A stretch of 64,000 nucleotides of DNA. It comes from an uncultured Eubacteriales bacterium. GTDB lineage: Bacteria > Bacillota > Clostridia > Oscillospirales > Oscillospiraceae. Positions 1 through 8,309 of the stretch are shown one piece after another. Where the stretch lies: contig USGS01000001.1 in assembly GCA_900554275.1 (NCBI GenBank), positions 5,036 to 69,035 of the forward strand. The letters run 5' to 3'. Every line of letters begins with the position of its first letter. Positions within the stretch are counted from its first letter, which is position 1. Under the pieces are notes generated by a model. The model was given only the letters and a program-made list of their open reading frames with translations, had not been told where the DNA came from and did not search any database. The translations under genes were made by a program, and so were the position numbers.

Positions 1-290
1 TCAAGCTGCTCAATGACCTCCGCATCGTTTTCCACGTGCAGCGCAAGCCGATAGTTTCTATATAACTCCTTGCGTGCATCGTTGATCCTCTTCACATTTT
101 TAGCCTGATACTTTCGGTTGGCAGCCTTCTGCTTTTCATAGTAGTCCGGGCGACACACCCGCATGATCGTCGCATTGGATACTTTGTACTGAACTGCCAA
201 GGCCGTATACGGAACTCCCGCCTCATGAGCCTCTTTGATCGCCACTTTCTGTTCTTCCGTCAATTTGTGTTCTCGAGCCATAGACTTAGA
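1..290 (-). CDS. Partial HTH-domain protein (resolvase/transposase-type HTH), 5' end only; gene continues beyond window start
   Basis: Reverse translation from ATG (rc of 288-290) gives MAREHKLTEEQKVAIKEAHEAGVPYTALAVQYKVSNATIMRVC...; AAGGAGGA RBS 7 nt upstream; not in ORF track because no stop inside window. Confidence 0.45.
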
Positions 291-459
291 TCCTCCTTGC
301 TTCTTAATGGTTTACTTGATATTATCATATATCTTTATATATGTCAATACCTTTTTCTGCTTTTTTGAAAAAACTTTACAAGGCAGGCGGCTCTGTACTC
401 TTACGGCAGCAGGCGGCACTTGTCTAAGTGCCGCCTGCTGCCATAAAAAGATGTGTCCT

Positions 460-1794
460 TTACCGCTGTTCCCGCTCCGGCCTCCGCGTTTGCTCCCGTT
501 CCGCCGCATATTGTATGGTGCGGATGCTCGTTTGCAGCATTTGCAGCTTACGCCACTCGTCCAGCGCAGCTTCCAATGCAGACTGGTCACAGTCCATCCT
601 GGCGCGGCGGATGGCGGCACGGAGCTCCGCCTCCTTCCATTCGATCTCCTGCGGCGTTTGCAGATCCTGCTCGCGGGCGTATGCCAACCCCTGAAAGGCT
701 TCCGTCTCCGCTTTGTCCGGCGGGCCGAACAGAGCAAGGCATTCCGGCTCGCTATATGCCGCCCGCGGCTTCGGCACGTCTCCCAACAGTAGAAACAAAA
801 CCAGTATCAGCAAGCTGTCCAGTGCACCGCGAGAATGGCCGTATACCTCGCGCCGGGCCTCGTACCACCGGCGGCGGACGCAGCGCACATACGCCCACCA
901 CTGCTGCTCCGCCAGCCGTTCGCGCTCTCGCCGCAGTGCCATCAGGTGCTCTATGTCCGCCCATTCCAGCCCCAGTGTCCGCAGCCGCACCGCCCTGCGG
1001 CCTCCCGGCGGCAGGACGCTGACCGTGTTTCCCCGCCGCTTGAGGGTAATGCCGTAGGCGCGGAGACGGCGCGTCAGTTCTTTGGCGCTGCGGCACTGGG
1101 ACGCCACAGAGGCCAATACATGGCGGAGATACTCGTTCCGTTTTTCGTACCGCTCCCGCCTTCGCTTGGCGGCGATGGCGTTGTTGTCCTTGACCTCCCA
1201 GCCGTGCGTGCGCGTGTAGTCCCGCAGCCAGTCGTTCATGGCCCTCCGCAGCTCCGCACTGTCCTGATGCTTGCCGCCCGCCTTGATCTCACAGGGCAAA
1301 ATGTTCCCCTCGCCATCCCGCATCATCCACTCCCGCTCCGCCCGTGCTCCGGCGCGGACAGAGTTGAGGGAGATGTGGATGTGGTCGTTGTCCGTGTCGC
1401 GATGGACGGCGATCAGGCAGTCATAGCCCTGCAAAAACGCCTTGGCGAAAGCCCGTCCTTCCTCCAAAAGGTCGTCCAGGGATAGCTTGTCCCGATCCGC
1501 CGCCGGATGACTGAGGATATATTCGTGGCTCTTGCGGTCGCCGGGCTTGTTGTTCTTGCCGTAGCGCAGGTTGGTGCGGCGGCAGGCAGATGCCCACCGC
1601 TCCGACGCAGCCTCCGTCCCGTCGGCGGTCAGGTACAATGCGGCGCAATTGCTGCGGGGCTGCATCAAGCCATACTCATCCAAAATCGGTTCGTAATGCC
1701 CGGTGCGGCTGTCCTCCCGATGCCGGCAGGTATAGTACTCCAATACATCTTCATAACGGGCGTTTTTGGAGCTGTTATGCTTAACAATAGCCAT
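460..1794 (-). CDS. Conjugative/mobilisation relaxase (MobA/VirD2-type relaxase-mobilisation nuclease domain)
   Basis: 444 aa; histidine triad HRDTDNDHIHISLNSV (HxDxxxHxH motif III of MOB relaxases); GGAGGT RBS; overlaps downstream MobC-like gene. Confidence 0.8.
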   Translation of the reverse strand: MAIVKHNSSKNARYEDVLEYYTCRHREDSRTGHYEPILDEYGLMQPRSNCAALYLTADGTEAASERWASACRRTNLRYGKNNKPGDRKSHEYILSHPAADRDKLSLDDLLEEGRAFAKAFLQGYDCLIAVHRDTDNDHIHISLNSVRAGARAEREWMMRDGEGNILPCEIKAGGKHQDSAELRRAMNDWLRDYTRTHGWEVKDNNAIAAKRRRERYEKRNEYLRHVLASVASQCRSAKELTRRLRAYGITLKRRGNTVSVLPPGGRRAVRLRTLGLEWADIEHLMALRRERERLAEQQWWAYVRCVRRRWYEARREVYGHSRGALDSLLILVLFLLLGDVPKPRAAYSEPECLALFGPPDKAETEAFQGLAYAREQDLQTPQEIEWKEAELRAAIRRARMDCDQSALEAALDEWRKLQMLQTSIRTIQYAAEREQTRRPEREQR

Positions 1795-2308
1795 CGGCGA
1801 TCTTTACCTCCAACTCCGCCAGCCGCTTTGCCATACGCTCCGCCTGCCGGGCCGCGTGCAGCAGTTCCTCCCACTCCGCCGGGTGCAGCGTCCGCTGTCC
1901 TTCGTTGGGACGGATGGTCATTTTCAGCAGACCGCCAATACGCCCTATATCGGCCTTGAGCAGCGCCAACTCATCCAGCAGGGCAATAGCCAATTCCGTG
2001 TGCATGGAGATCGTGATCCGTTCGGTCAGCGCGGCGCGGCGCAAAAATTCGCTGGCGGACAACTCGCTGCGTTTTACACGCGCCAGGAAAGTGCGGTACT
2101 CGCCGTCGGACATTTTGGTTTTCACGATCCGCTTGCGGACGCTCCGCGGCTTCGCCGGCGGCGAAACAGCCGGCGCTGCGATCTCCGTATGTTCCTTGGG
2201 AGGGGCGATCTCCTCCCGGCTCGGTGGCGGGAGCGATCGCTCCCGCCGCCGGCCAGCATCGGACACCAATGCGTCCAACCCCGGCCTGTGCTGTTCATTC
2301 TCGTGCAT
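1781..2308 (-). CDS. MobC-like relaxosome accessory protein (start chosen at MHENEQ.. with GGGAGGA RBS; ORF extends to 2368)
   Basis: Located immediately upstream of relaxase, 4-codon overlap; C-terminal RFLARVKRSELSASEFLRRAAL-like MobC/RHH segment; start uncertain. Confidence 0.55.
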   Translation of the reverse strand: MHENEQHRPGLDALVSDAGRRRERSLPPPSREEIAPPKEHTEIAAPAVSPPAKPRSVRKRIVKTKMSDGEYRTFLARVKRSELSASEFLRRAALTERITISMHTELAIALLDELALLKADIGRIGGLLKMTIRPNEGQRTLHPAEWEELLHAARQAERMAKRLAELEVKIADGYC

Positions 2309-2401
2309 GGTATTCCTCCCGGGGGTTTGAGGTCTCCCCAGCCGTTGTTCGGCTATCAGGGTACCCAAAAGGGTACCCTGATAGGGAACTTGTCCTCAGT
2401 T

Positions 2402-2791
2402 TTACATACTACCGCTTTCCGCGGCACGCCGCCGGTCCGCATCGTACTTTTCCAGCATTCCATCTTCTTCCGAAATATCCCGCACGCATTCCCAGCCATC
2501 GATCTGTGCGTCTGCACCGACCAGGTAGTAGCATTCGTGGCAAGGTATCTTTTCCGGCCTCAGTGCGTTCCAATGGACGCAGCATTGACAGTTGCCGTGC
2601 AGCAGCTCGTTGGCATTGTGGAGTTTCGCACAGGCTATCCAGTAGCGGTAGGCCAGCACGTGGATATATTTCTCGTCCGTCTGGCGCTTCAGGGTTTTTA
2701 TGTCTTCGGGTGTCAAGCCACTCCTGCGATACTCTGCCAACAGGGTCTTCTCATCCGCCGTCAGGTGGGATGTACGGTTGTTTTTCGTCAT
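2402..2791 (-). CDS. Cysteine-rich VLP-domain protein (mobile-element associated)
   Basis: 129 aa with CxC...HGNCQCCVHW...CHEC cysteine pattern, typical partner of relaxase in Firmicutes ICE/IME; GAGGTGA RBS. Confidence 0.6.
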   Translation of the reverse strand: MTKNNRTSHLTADEKTLLAEYRRSGLTPEDIKTLKRQTDEKYIHVLAYRYWIACAKLHNANELLHGNCQCCVHWNALRPEKIPCHECYYLVGADAQIDGWECVRDISEEDGMLEKYDADRRRAAESGSM

Positions 2792-2804
2792 TTTCGATCA
2801 CCTC

Positions 2805-2990
2805 AAAATTGTTAGTCCGCTGTGCACCGCGGCTAACACCACAATAGTCGTTTTTCCGCGATTTGCAAGAGATTGGCCCATATACGGCGCACGCAAATGG
2901 GATATTTCCATTTGCGGCGGCATTGACCGCCGCAAAAAGCAGCACAGCACCACATAGAAATCGTTCTATGCGGTGCTGTGCTGCTTTTTT
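2805..2990. repeat. Copy A of a ~180-bp conserved promoter/leader module (paralog at 7990-8200); contains 10-bp-arm palindrome (2887-2919) and a strong bidirectional intrinsic terminator hairpin (2933-2990)
   Basis: gttagtccgctgtgcaccgcgg... / cgcacgcaaatgggatatttccatttgcg / aaaaagcagcacagcacc...ggtgctgtgctgctttttt; ~75% identical to 8021-8200. Confidence 0.6.
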
Positions 2991-3097
2991 AAGAAACAAA
3001 TTTGCTTCTCAAGTCAGATCGACTAGATCCGCCGCTTTTGCCATTGCCCCACCCTTCTGCTACAATACTCAAAAATGACCGGGAGGCGTAGCACATC

Positions 3098-3954
3098 ATG
3101 CGGAAGAAATTGGAGATCACGGAGAAGGAATTGGCGCGATTTGCGGGGTATCTGCGGCGGGAGGAGCGGGAAGCATCCACCATCGAATCTTACATGAGGG
3201 CGGCGAGGCAGTTTGCCGCGTGGCTGGATGGCCGCGTGGTGACGAAGGAGCTGGCGGCGGCGTGGAAGGCGCAGCTGCCGGAGCAGGGTTACCGCCCCGT
3301 CAGCGTCAATGCCATGCTGGCGGCGGTAAACAAGCTGTTCGTCTGCATGGGGCGGGAGGACTGCAAGGTGCGGTACCTCAAGCTCCAGCGGCAGATGTTC
3401 CGCAAATCGGAACGGGAGCTGACCCGTGCCGAATACCAGCGGCTGCTGGACGCAGCCCAGACGAGGGGGGACATACGCCTGCTGCTCCTGCTGGAAACCC
3501 TCTGCGCCACGGGCATCCGGGTCAGCGAGCTGCAATACATCACCGTGGAGGCGGCACGAAACGGCGTAGCAGAAATCGCACTGAAGGGCAAAATAAGAAC
3601 TATTCTTCTGCCCACAAAGCTGTGTCGCAAGCTATTGAAATACGCCAAAAAGTGTGGCATCGTCCACGGGCAGATATTCCTGACAAAAAGGGAAACAGGC
3701 TGTCCCGGAAATTCATCTGGGCGGAGATGAAAAAGCTGTGCGAGGCGGCGAAGGTGGCGCGGAGCAAGGTGTTTCCTCACAACCTGCGGGGGCTGTTCGC
3801 CCGGGCATTCTACGCCGCCTGCCGGGATGTGGTGCGGTTGGCGGACGTGCTGGGGCACAGCAGCATCGAGACGACCCGGATCTACCTGCTGTCCACGGCA
3901 AAAGAAAGTGCCCGCCAGCTGGACAGGCTCGGTCTGCTCAGCGGGTGGGCATAA
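3098..3954 (+). pseudogene. Tyrosine site-specific recombinase/integrase (XerC/D-phage integrase family), interrupted by -1 frameshift in A5 tract at 3685-3689
   Basis: N-terminal SAM-like domain in frame of 3098..3730; C-terminal catalytic region (HNLRG...LGHSSIETTRIY, R..H.xR..Y) in frame ending 3954; one extra A would give LTKKGNRLSRKFIW continuous protein. Confidence 0.7.
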
Positions 3955-4270
3955 TTATTATTTTGTAACATAGAAAACGGGCGAAAAATAGAATGATTAT
4001 CCGCGAATGTGCGTTTAACAAAATGGGCGCAGCTGGAAATGGTAGTGCGAAAAACGACAAAACGGCAACGCCGTGTCACTGAGAAATGGCTGGTTTGCTT
4101 GACTTTGTCCACAAAGTGTGGTACGCAACCGTTGGAATTTTGGCACAAACGCACAGGGCTTGTTTTGAAGTGTGTCGGAATAACAATTGCGTATATTTAG
4201 CCGATGAACTTTACGCCACCTGCAAGTGCATCCTTTTGCCAGATCGTCCCCGCAAGCGCCCCCCTGATAC

Positions 4271-4316
4271 GCAGCAGGAGCGCGGCAAAATGCCGCGCTC
4301 CTGCTGTCTTGTTTTA
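4271..4316 (+). terminator. Intrinsic terminator hairpin (gcagcaggagcgcggc-aaaatg-ccgcgctcctgctg + T-tract)
   Basis: 14-bp perfect stem followed by tcttgtttta; lies at 3' end of AT-rich non-coding stretch 3955-4313. Confidence 0.5.
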
Positions 4317-4574
4317 CGCCACAGGCTCTGCCGTCAGGTAGCACATATAGCGCGTTGTGCTCTCCGAATAGCTGAGATTGCTGAAATAGGCGCACTCGCC
4401 GCGGTCGATGAGCCATCCGTCCTCGTAGGGCACAGCCGTGATGCCCAGCAGCGCCGTCATATCGGCATCCGGCGCATCCTTCCCCGCCTCCCACGCTTCG
4501 CACCACTGGCGGATCAGCATCGCGGGCGTGTCCAGGCCGCTGATCACGTTGATGTGCTCCGCTGCCGACACCAT
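4314..4574 (-). CDS. Hypothetical protein (86 aa), last gene of ClpX-like operon
   Basis: ORF in operon arrangement with 4648..5118 and 5102..6229; no recognisable motif. Confidence 0.4.
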   Translation of the reverse strand: MVSAAEHINVISGLDTPAMLIRQWCEAWEAGKDAPDADMTALLGITAVPYEDGWLIDRGECAYFSNLSYSESTTRYMCYLTAEPVA

Positions 4575-4647
4575 CCGGGAGATACACGCTTACGAGGGAA
4601 ACAAAAACGCATGAATTTCTCAAAGTTTTTAGGTTAGACGCAAAACC

Positions 4648-5118
4648 TTATTGCATATCTCTCAGCTTTCCCGCCTCGCTGATTGACATCACGCAGACGA
4701 CCTCCAGCCCTTTCAAAATCCGCGGCATATCCTCATCACTGCGGATGGGGTCATCGGCGGAGTGGTGCTCTGCAAATAGTTCAAAGCGCGTGCCCTGCGG
4801 CAGTTCCGTCAGCTTGAGGAGATAATAAAACGTGCGCTCTCTGGGCGGGCAGCAGTGGAGCAGATAGCTCACGCAGCCCTCCAACCAGCGCTTTGCCCTC
4901 CGCAGCGCAGCACGGCCGGAGCAGGATGCCAGCGAGAACAGCAGCCTGTCGGCGATGTAGTCGGCCATAAGCGGTTTGGACAGCCCCTGTAAATGCTGCG
5001 GCAGCAGGATCGTCAGCGGTGTATCCAGCGCCAGCAGCCTGCGGCGCTGCTGATAGAGCTCATTGTCTACCTTGCGGATAAAATCCTCCGCCTGATGGCG
5101 GTCAAGAGACGTGGCCAT
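4648..5118 (-). CDS. Hypothetical protein (156 aa), overlaps ClpX-like gene stop by 17 nt
   Basis: Translational coupling with upstream clpX-like; no recognisable domain. Confidence 0.45.
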   Translation of the reverse strand: MATSLDRHQAEDFIRKVDNELYQQRRRLLALDTPLTILLPQHLQGLSKPLMADYIADRLLFSLASCSGRAALRRAKRWLEGCVSYLLHCCPPRERTFYYLLKLTELPQGTRFELFAEHHSADDPIRSDEDMPRILKGLEVVCVMSISEAGKLRDMQ

Positions 5119-6229
5119 AGACGTTACCTCCCAGTGTTACAGCGCCGGAGAGCTTGCCCTCCGCCAACGCATACAGCAGCGGCTGCACCAACGCTTCCAC
5201 CGCGCCGTCCAGCCCCCGGGCGCCCGTTCCCTGCACCACAGCCTCACAGGCCAACTGCTCCACCAGTTCATCCGGCAGCTTGAGCCGAACCTTGTGGGCG
5301 CGGAAAAATTTCCTGTACTTCACGAATGCTGAGAGGTTGGATTCAGTCAGGATGCGCCGCATCTGCTCCGTGGTCAACTGCTCCACCGGCACGAACCGAC
5401 CGATGCGGCCCATCAGCTCCCGTTCCATGCCGTAGGCGCAGAAATCCTCGGCGGTGCGCTGAGTGACCGTGGGATGGGACGGCTCGTCCCGCACGAAGCC
5501 GATAGGATCGGCGTATCTCTGTGCATCCCGCATCCTGCCGAACGCGCCGCCGAACAGGAACAGCAGATCGGCGGTGTTGATGGTCGCCCTCTCCGTGGTG
5601 ACCTCCATCCCCTCCACCATCTTCAAAAGCGCGTGCTGCGTCCCCTGACAGTACGATTGACGCCAATCATTACCGTGAGCGGACAGCTTGTCCACCTCAT
5701 CGATGAAAATGATGGCGTGTCGGACTCGAGGGTGCTCCTTGAAGCCCGCCAACAGGTCTGTCACGATGTCCGCCGCGTTTTTCCCGCGATACCCCGTCTC
5801 GGTGATGCCGGTGGCATCCACAGTGAGAAACGGCAGCCCGGCGATCCTGGCTGCCTCACGGATGATAGCCGTCTTGCCGCAGCCGCTGGGTCCATACAGC
5901 AGCAGATTGGTTCGGGGAACGCCGGCATCCCCGTTGGCGCGGAGCATCTGCTTCCAAACTGCCAGCGCCACGGCAGCCTTTGCCTGCTCCTGCCCGATGA
6001 TGGACTTATCCAGTTCCTGAACGATGTGCTGCGGCGTGATAGATGGCGCAGATACAGCCTCCTCCGTGACCTCGTCAGACGCTTCCAAAATATGAAACGA
6101 GGTTTGGAGACAACCGCGGCAGACCATCCTGCCGGTGCTGCCCACCACATGATCGTTGCCGAGGATGTTGATGACGCCCTTGCACAGGGCGCAGCGCGAG
6201 ACGACCGGGGTTCGTTTTTTCTTGCTCAT
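5102..6229 (-). CDS. ClpX-like AAA+ ATPase (ATP-dependent unfoldase paralog) with N-terminal C4 zinc-ribbon
   Basis: CALCKG...CRGC zinc finger; IGQEQAK; Walker A LLYGPSGCGKT; Walker B IIFIDEVDKL; sensor/GYVG-region; AGGAG RBS. Confidence 0.8.
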   Translation of the reverse strand: MSKKKRTPVVSRCALCKGVINILGNDHVVGSTGRMVCRGCLQTSFHILEASDEVTEEAVSAPSITPQHIVQELDKSIIGQEQAKAAVALAVWKQMLRANGDAGVPRTNLLLYGPSGCGKTAIIREAARIAGLPFLTVDATGITETGYRGKNAADIVTDLLAGFKEHPRVRHAIIFIDEVDKLSAHGNDWRQSYCQGTQHALLKMVEGMEVTTERATINTADLLFLFGGAFGRMRDAQRYADPIGFVRDEPSHPTVTQRTAEDFCAYGMERELMGRIGRFVPVEQLTTEQMRRILTESNLSAFVKYRKFFRAHKVRLKLPDELVEQLACEAVVQGTGARGLDGAVEALVQPLLYALAEGKLSGAVTLGGNVYGHVS

Positions 6230-6411
6230 GTGATCACTCCTTATTTCAGAATGATCGGGGGTGGATGTAAAAGACGTTTCTCCTTATTTTCATCATCAAA
6301 CCTCCATGCAAAGTACTGATATGCCGAATGGCACGACACCCGTTTTCACACGCGGTGCTTTTCTCTGTGGTCGGCGCATAGAAAAAAAACGCACCTCTCC
6401 GTCTATTTTAT

Positions 6412-6447
6412 GTCACAAATAATATTCATTTTTGTGACTTTGTCAAT
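6412..6447 (-). promoter_or_regulatory. Consensus sigma-A promoter (TTGACA-16-TATTAT) for ClpX-like operon, overlapped by 8-bp-arm inverted repeat GTCACAAA...TTTGTGAC (putative operator)
   Basis: minus-strand reading ttgacaaagtcacaaaaatgaatattatttgtgac ~190 nt upstream of ATG at 6229. Confidence 0.5.
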
Positions 6448-6650
6448 AGCGGATTTGCTGTTTCTGTACTTTTTGCGTCAATTCGTGCACCATGCATATA
6501 TATCACCTGCATTTTGCACGCCATAATTGGACGTTTTGAACATATTTCATTGGTACGTCACACAAAACAAACGCAGGCGACTCCCGCTTACAACGGAGAG
6601 CCGCCTGCTGCTCGATGTTCATTTCAGCCTGCATTCGATCGACGCACGGA

Positions 6651-7292
6651 CTATCGCCCCGCCCTGCCATAGCAGTCGCATATAAGCTCAATAATGGGGC
6701 GCAGTCTCGGAGGCACAAGAGAGAGTTTCTCTATCAGGTCCTTTTTGACCTCGGGCGCAAGCGTTCGGGACAGCTCCGCAATCTCGTCGATGGTAATCCT
6801 GTGCCTGTCCAGATCCGAAAGCGCGCTGATAACAACAGCGCCCTCATCCGAGAGGCCATCAAACAGCTTTGCCGCGGAATGAACCAGCAGCACCTCATGA
6901 CCGGGGGCATATTCGACACGTGTCTTAGGGCCTGTGCTCAGGTACTTCGGCAGCTTCGGGTCTTCATCGGACAGACCGATCCTGCGCCTCGCAAGCTCTG
7001 TAGCCGGAAGTATCCTCCAGTGGTTTCTCCGGGCAAGGGCCTGCGCCACAGCTTCATGAGACGGCAGCGCAGGGACATCGTCACACTGTTTCGGGTTCAG
7101 CCGATACAGGCCCATGCAGATACGCTCTATACGCTCACTCTGCGCAAGGCGGGACAGCGCCTTGCGGACCGCATCATAGCTGCCCAGCGCATCGAAATCC
7201 TCCACAGCAAACACCGCATCGTGCGGCTTGGCATACATAAACGAAATGATCTCCCGTTCACACGCGTACAGCTGCTCCTGCATCGTCCCCAC
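6651..7292 (-). CDS. DUF6088-like (AbiEi-type wHTH) family protein
   Basis: 213 aa; pattern R..R.G.Y...P......A.ALA....W.I.P....A..LGLS...P..Y...GP.. resembling DUF6088/AbiEi-like proteins common on Firmicutes mobile elements; assignment from memory only. Confidence 0.45.
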   Translation of the reverse strand: MGTMQEQLYACEREIISFMYAKPHDAVFAVEDFDALGSYDAVRKALSRLAQSERIERICMGLYRLNPKQCDDVPALPSHEAVAQALARRNHWRILPATELARRRIGLSDEDPKLPKYLSTGPKTRVEYAPGHEVLLVHSAAKLFDGLSDEGAVVISALSDLDRHRITIDEIAELSRTLAPEVKKDLIEKLSLVPPRLRPIIELICDCYGRAGR

Positions 7293-7561
7293 CTCCGTTC
7301 GTACTTGTCACAAATTATACTGGTTTTCGCAGAATTGTCAAGTTTGGCGCATTTCGGCTATTCCATTTCGAGGCAAGCTACCCACGTATCTTGCCCCACT
7401 ATGCTGCAACCGCACGGCTCATGCAACAGGCTGCCGGCCCACATTTGGACAATCAGTGAATGATCAGTCGCCGATCCCTTGCACCAACATGGGACAGATA
7501 TACCACATGTAGCCATCCCCCACAGCCAGGGAGGACAGACACTCTCCCCGCATCCATAGTA

Positions 7562-7927
7562 TCAAGACAGAGGACAGATCCCCTTCCACGTGAGAGAAAA
7601 CCGATACTCATTAGGCTTGCGGAGAGCCTTCATGCTCCGCACTTCGATCCATCCTCCGGCCTCAAGCTCCCGGATATACCGGCAGAGCGACGAGTGCGGG
7701 ATGCCGTACTTCTTCGCCGCACTCCGGGGCAGGCGAAATTCGCGCCGCGGCCCGGCCTCCATCGCCATACACAGGAAACAGTATCGCGCTCCGTGGGAAA
7801 GCCGCTGAAACCGATACGACAGCAGCAGCGTATTGCCGAGCTGGATGAAACGCTTTTCATCGCAGTCTACCCGCGCCGTCAGCCACGGCCGGAGCGTCGC
7901 TCCGGCTTTTCTTCTGGAAGCGCTCAT
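7562..7927 (-). CDS. Small HTH-domain protein
   Basis: 121 aa; RLPRSAAKKYGIPHSSLCRYIRELEAGGWIE helix-turn-helix segment; GGAGGTGA RBS. Confidence 0.45.
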   Translation of the reverse strand: MSASRRKAGATLRPWLTARVDCDEKRFIQLGNTLLLSYRFQRLSHGARYCFLCMAMEAGPRREFRLPRSAAKKYGIPHSSLCRYIRELEAGGWIEVRSMKALRKPNEYRFSLTWKGICPLS

Positions 7928-7989
7928 CTCGTCACCTCCCGTGCCGCAGTGCCTGCATCTTTCGCCGCCGGCATATAAGTGTTATTGGT

Positions 7990-8200
7990 GTTATTGGTCA
8001 TGTGTGACCACCTCCATAGTGTAAGTCCGCTGCGCGCCGCGGCCAATAACACATTAGCCCATATTTCACCATAAATCAATGGATCTGCCCGTATATGGCG
8101 CACGCAAATGGGATCTTTCCATTTGCGTCAGTGTCCTATATGCAAAAGCAGCACAGCCCCGCGTGTTCCACGCGATGCCGTGCTGCTTTGTCGTGACAAC
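7990..8200. repeat. Copy B of conserved promoter/leader module; includes remnant 5' end of a second Cys-rich-VLP-like gene (minus-strand mini-ORF 7925-8001, MTNNTNNTYMPAAKDAG..), palindrome 8099-8128 and terminator-like hairpin 8146-8195
   Basis: gtaagtccgctgcgcgccgcgg.../cgcacgcaaatgggatctttccatttgcg/ aaaagcagcacagcc..gtgctgcttt; N-terminus MTNNTNN.. parallels MTKNNRTSHL of 2402..2791. Confidence 0.55.
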
Positions 8201-8309
8201 GGAAGTCTTCAGTCCCCGTTCGCAGATTGACGATAACAAACTATGCAGATGTCAGACTACACCAACGCCGCATGAAGCACTGCCGCTAACATATTGCTTC
8301 CTCTCCGCG

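Noticed and set aside
235-1057. Several overlapping plus-strand ORFs (235..792, 453..1022, 835..1485)
   Set aside because: Lie antisense to the relaxase gene and the partial HTH gene; Pro/Arg/Ala-rich.
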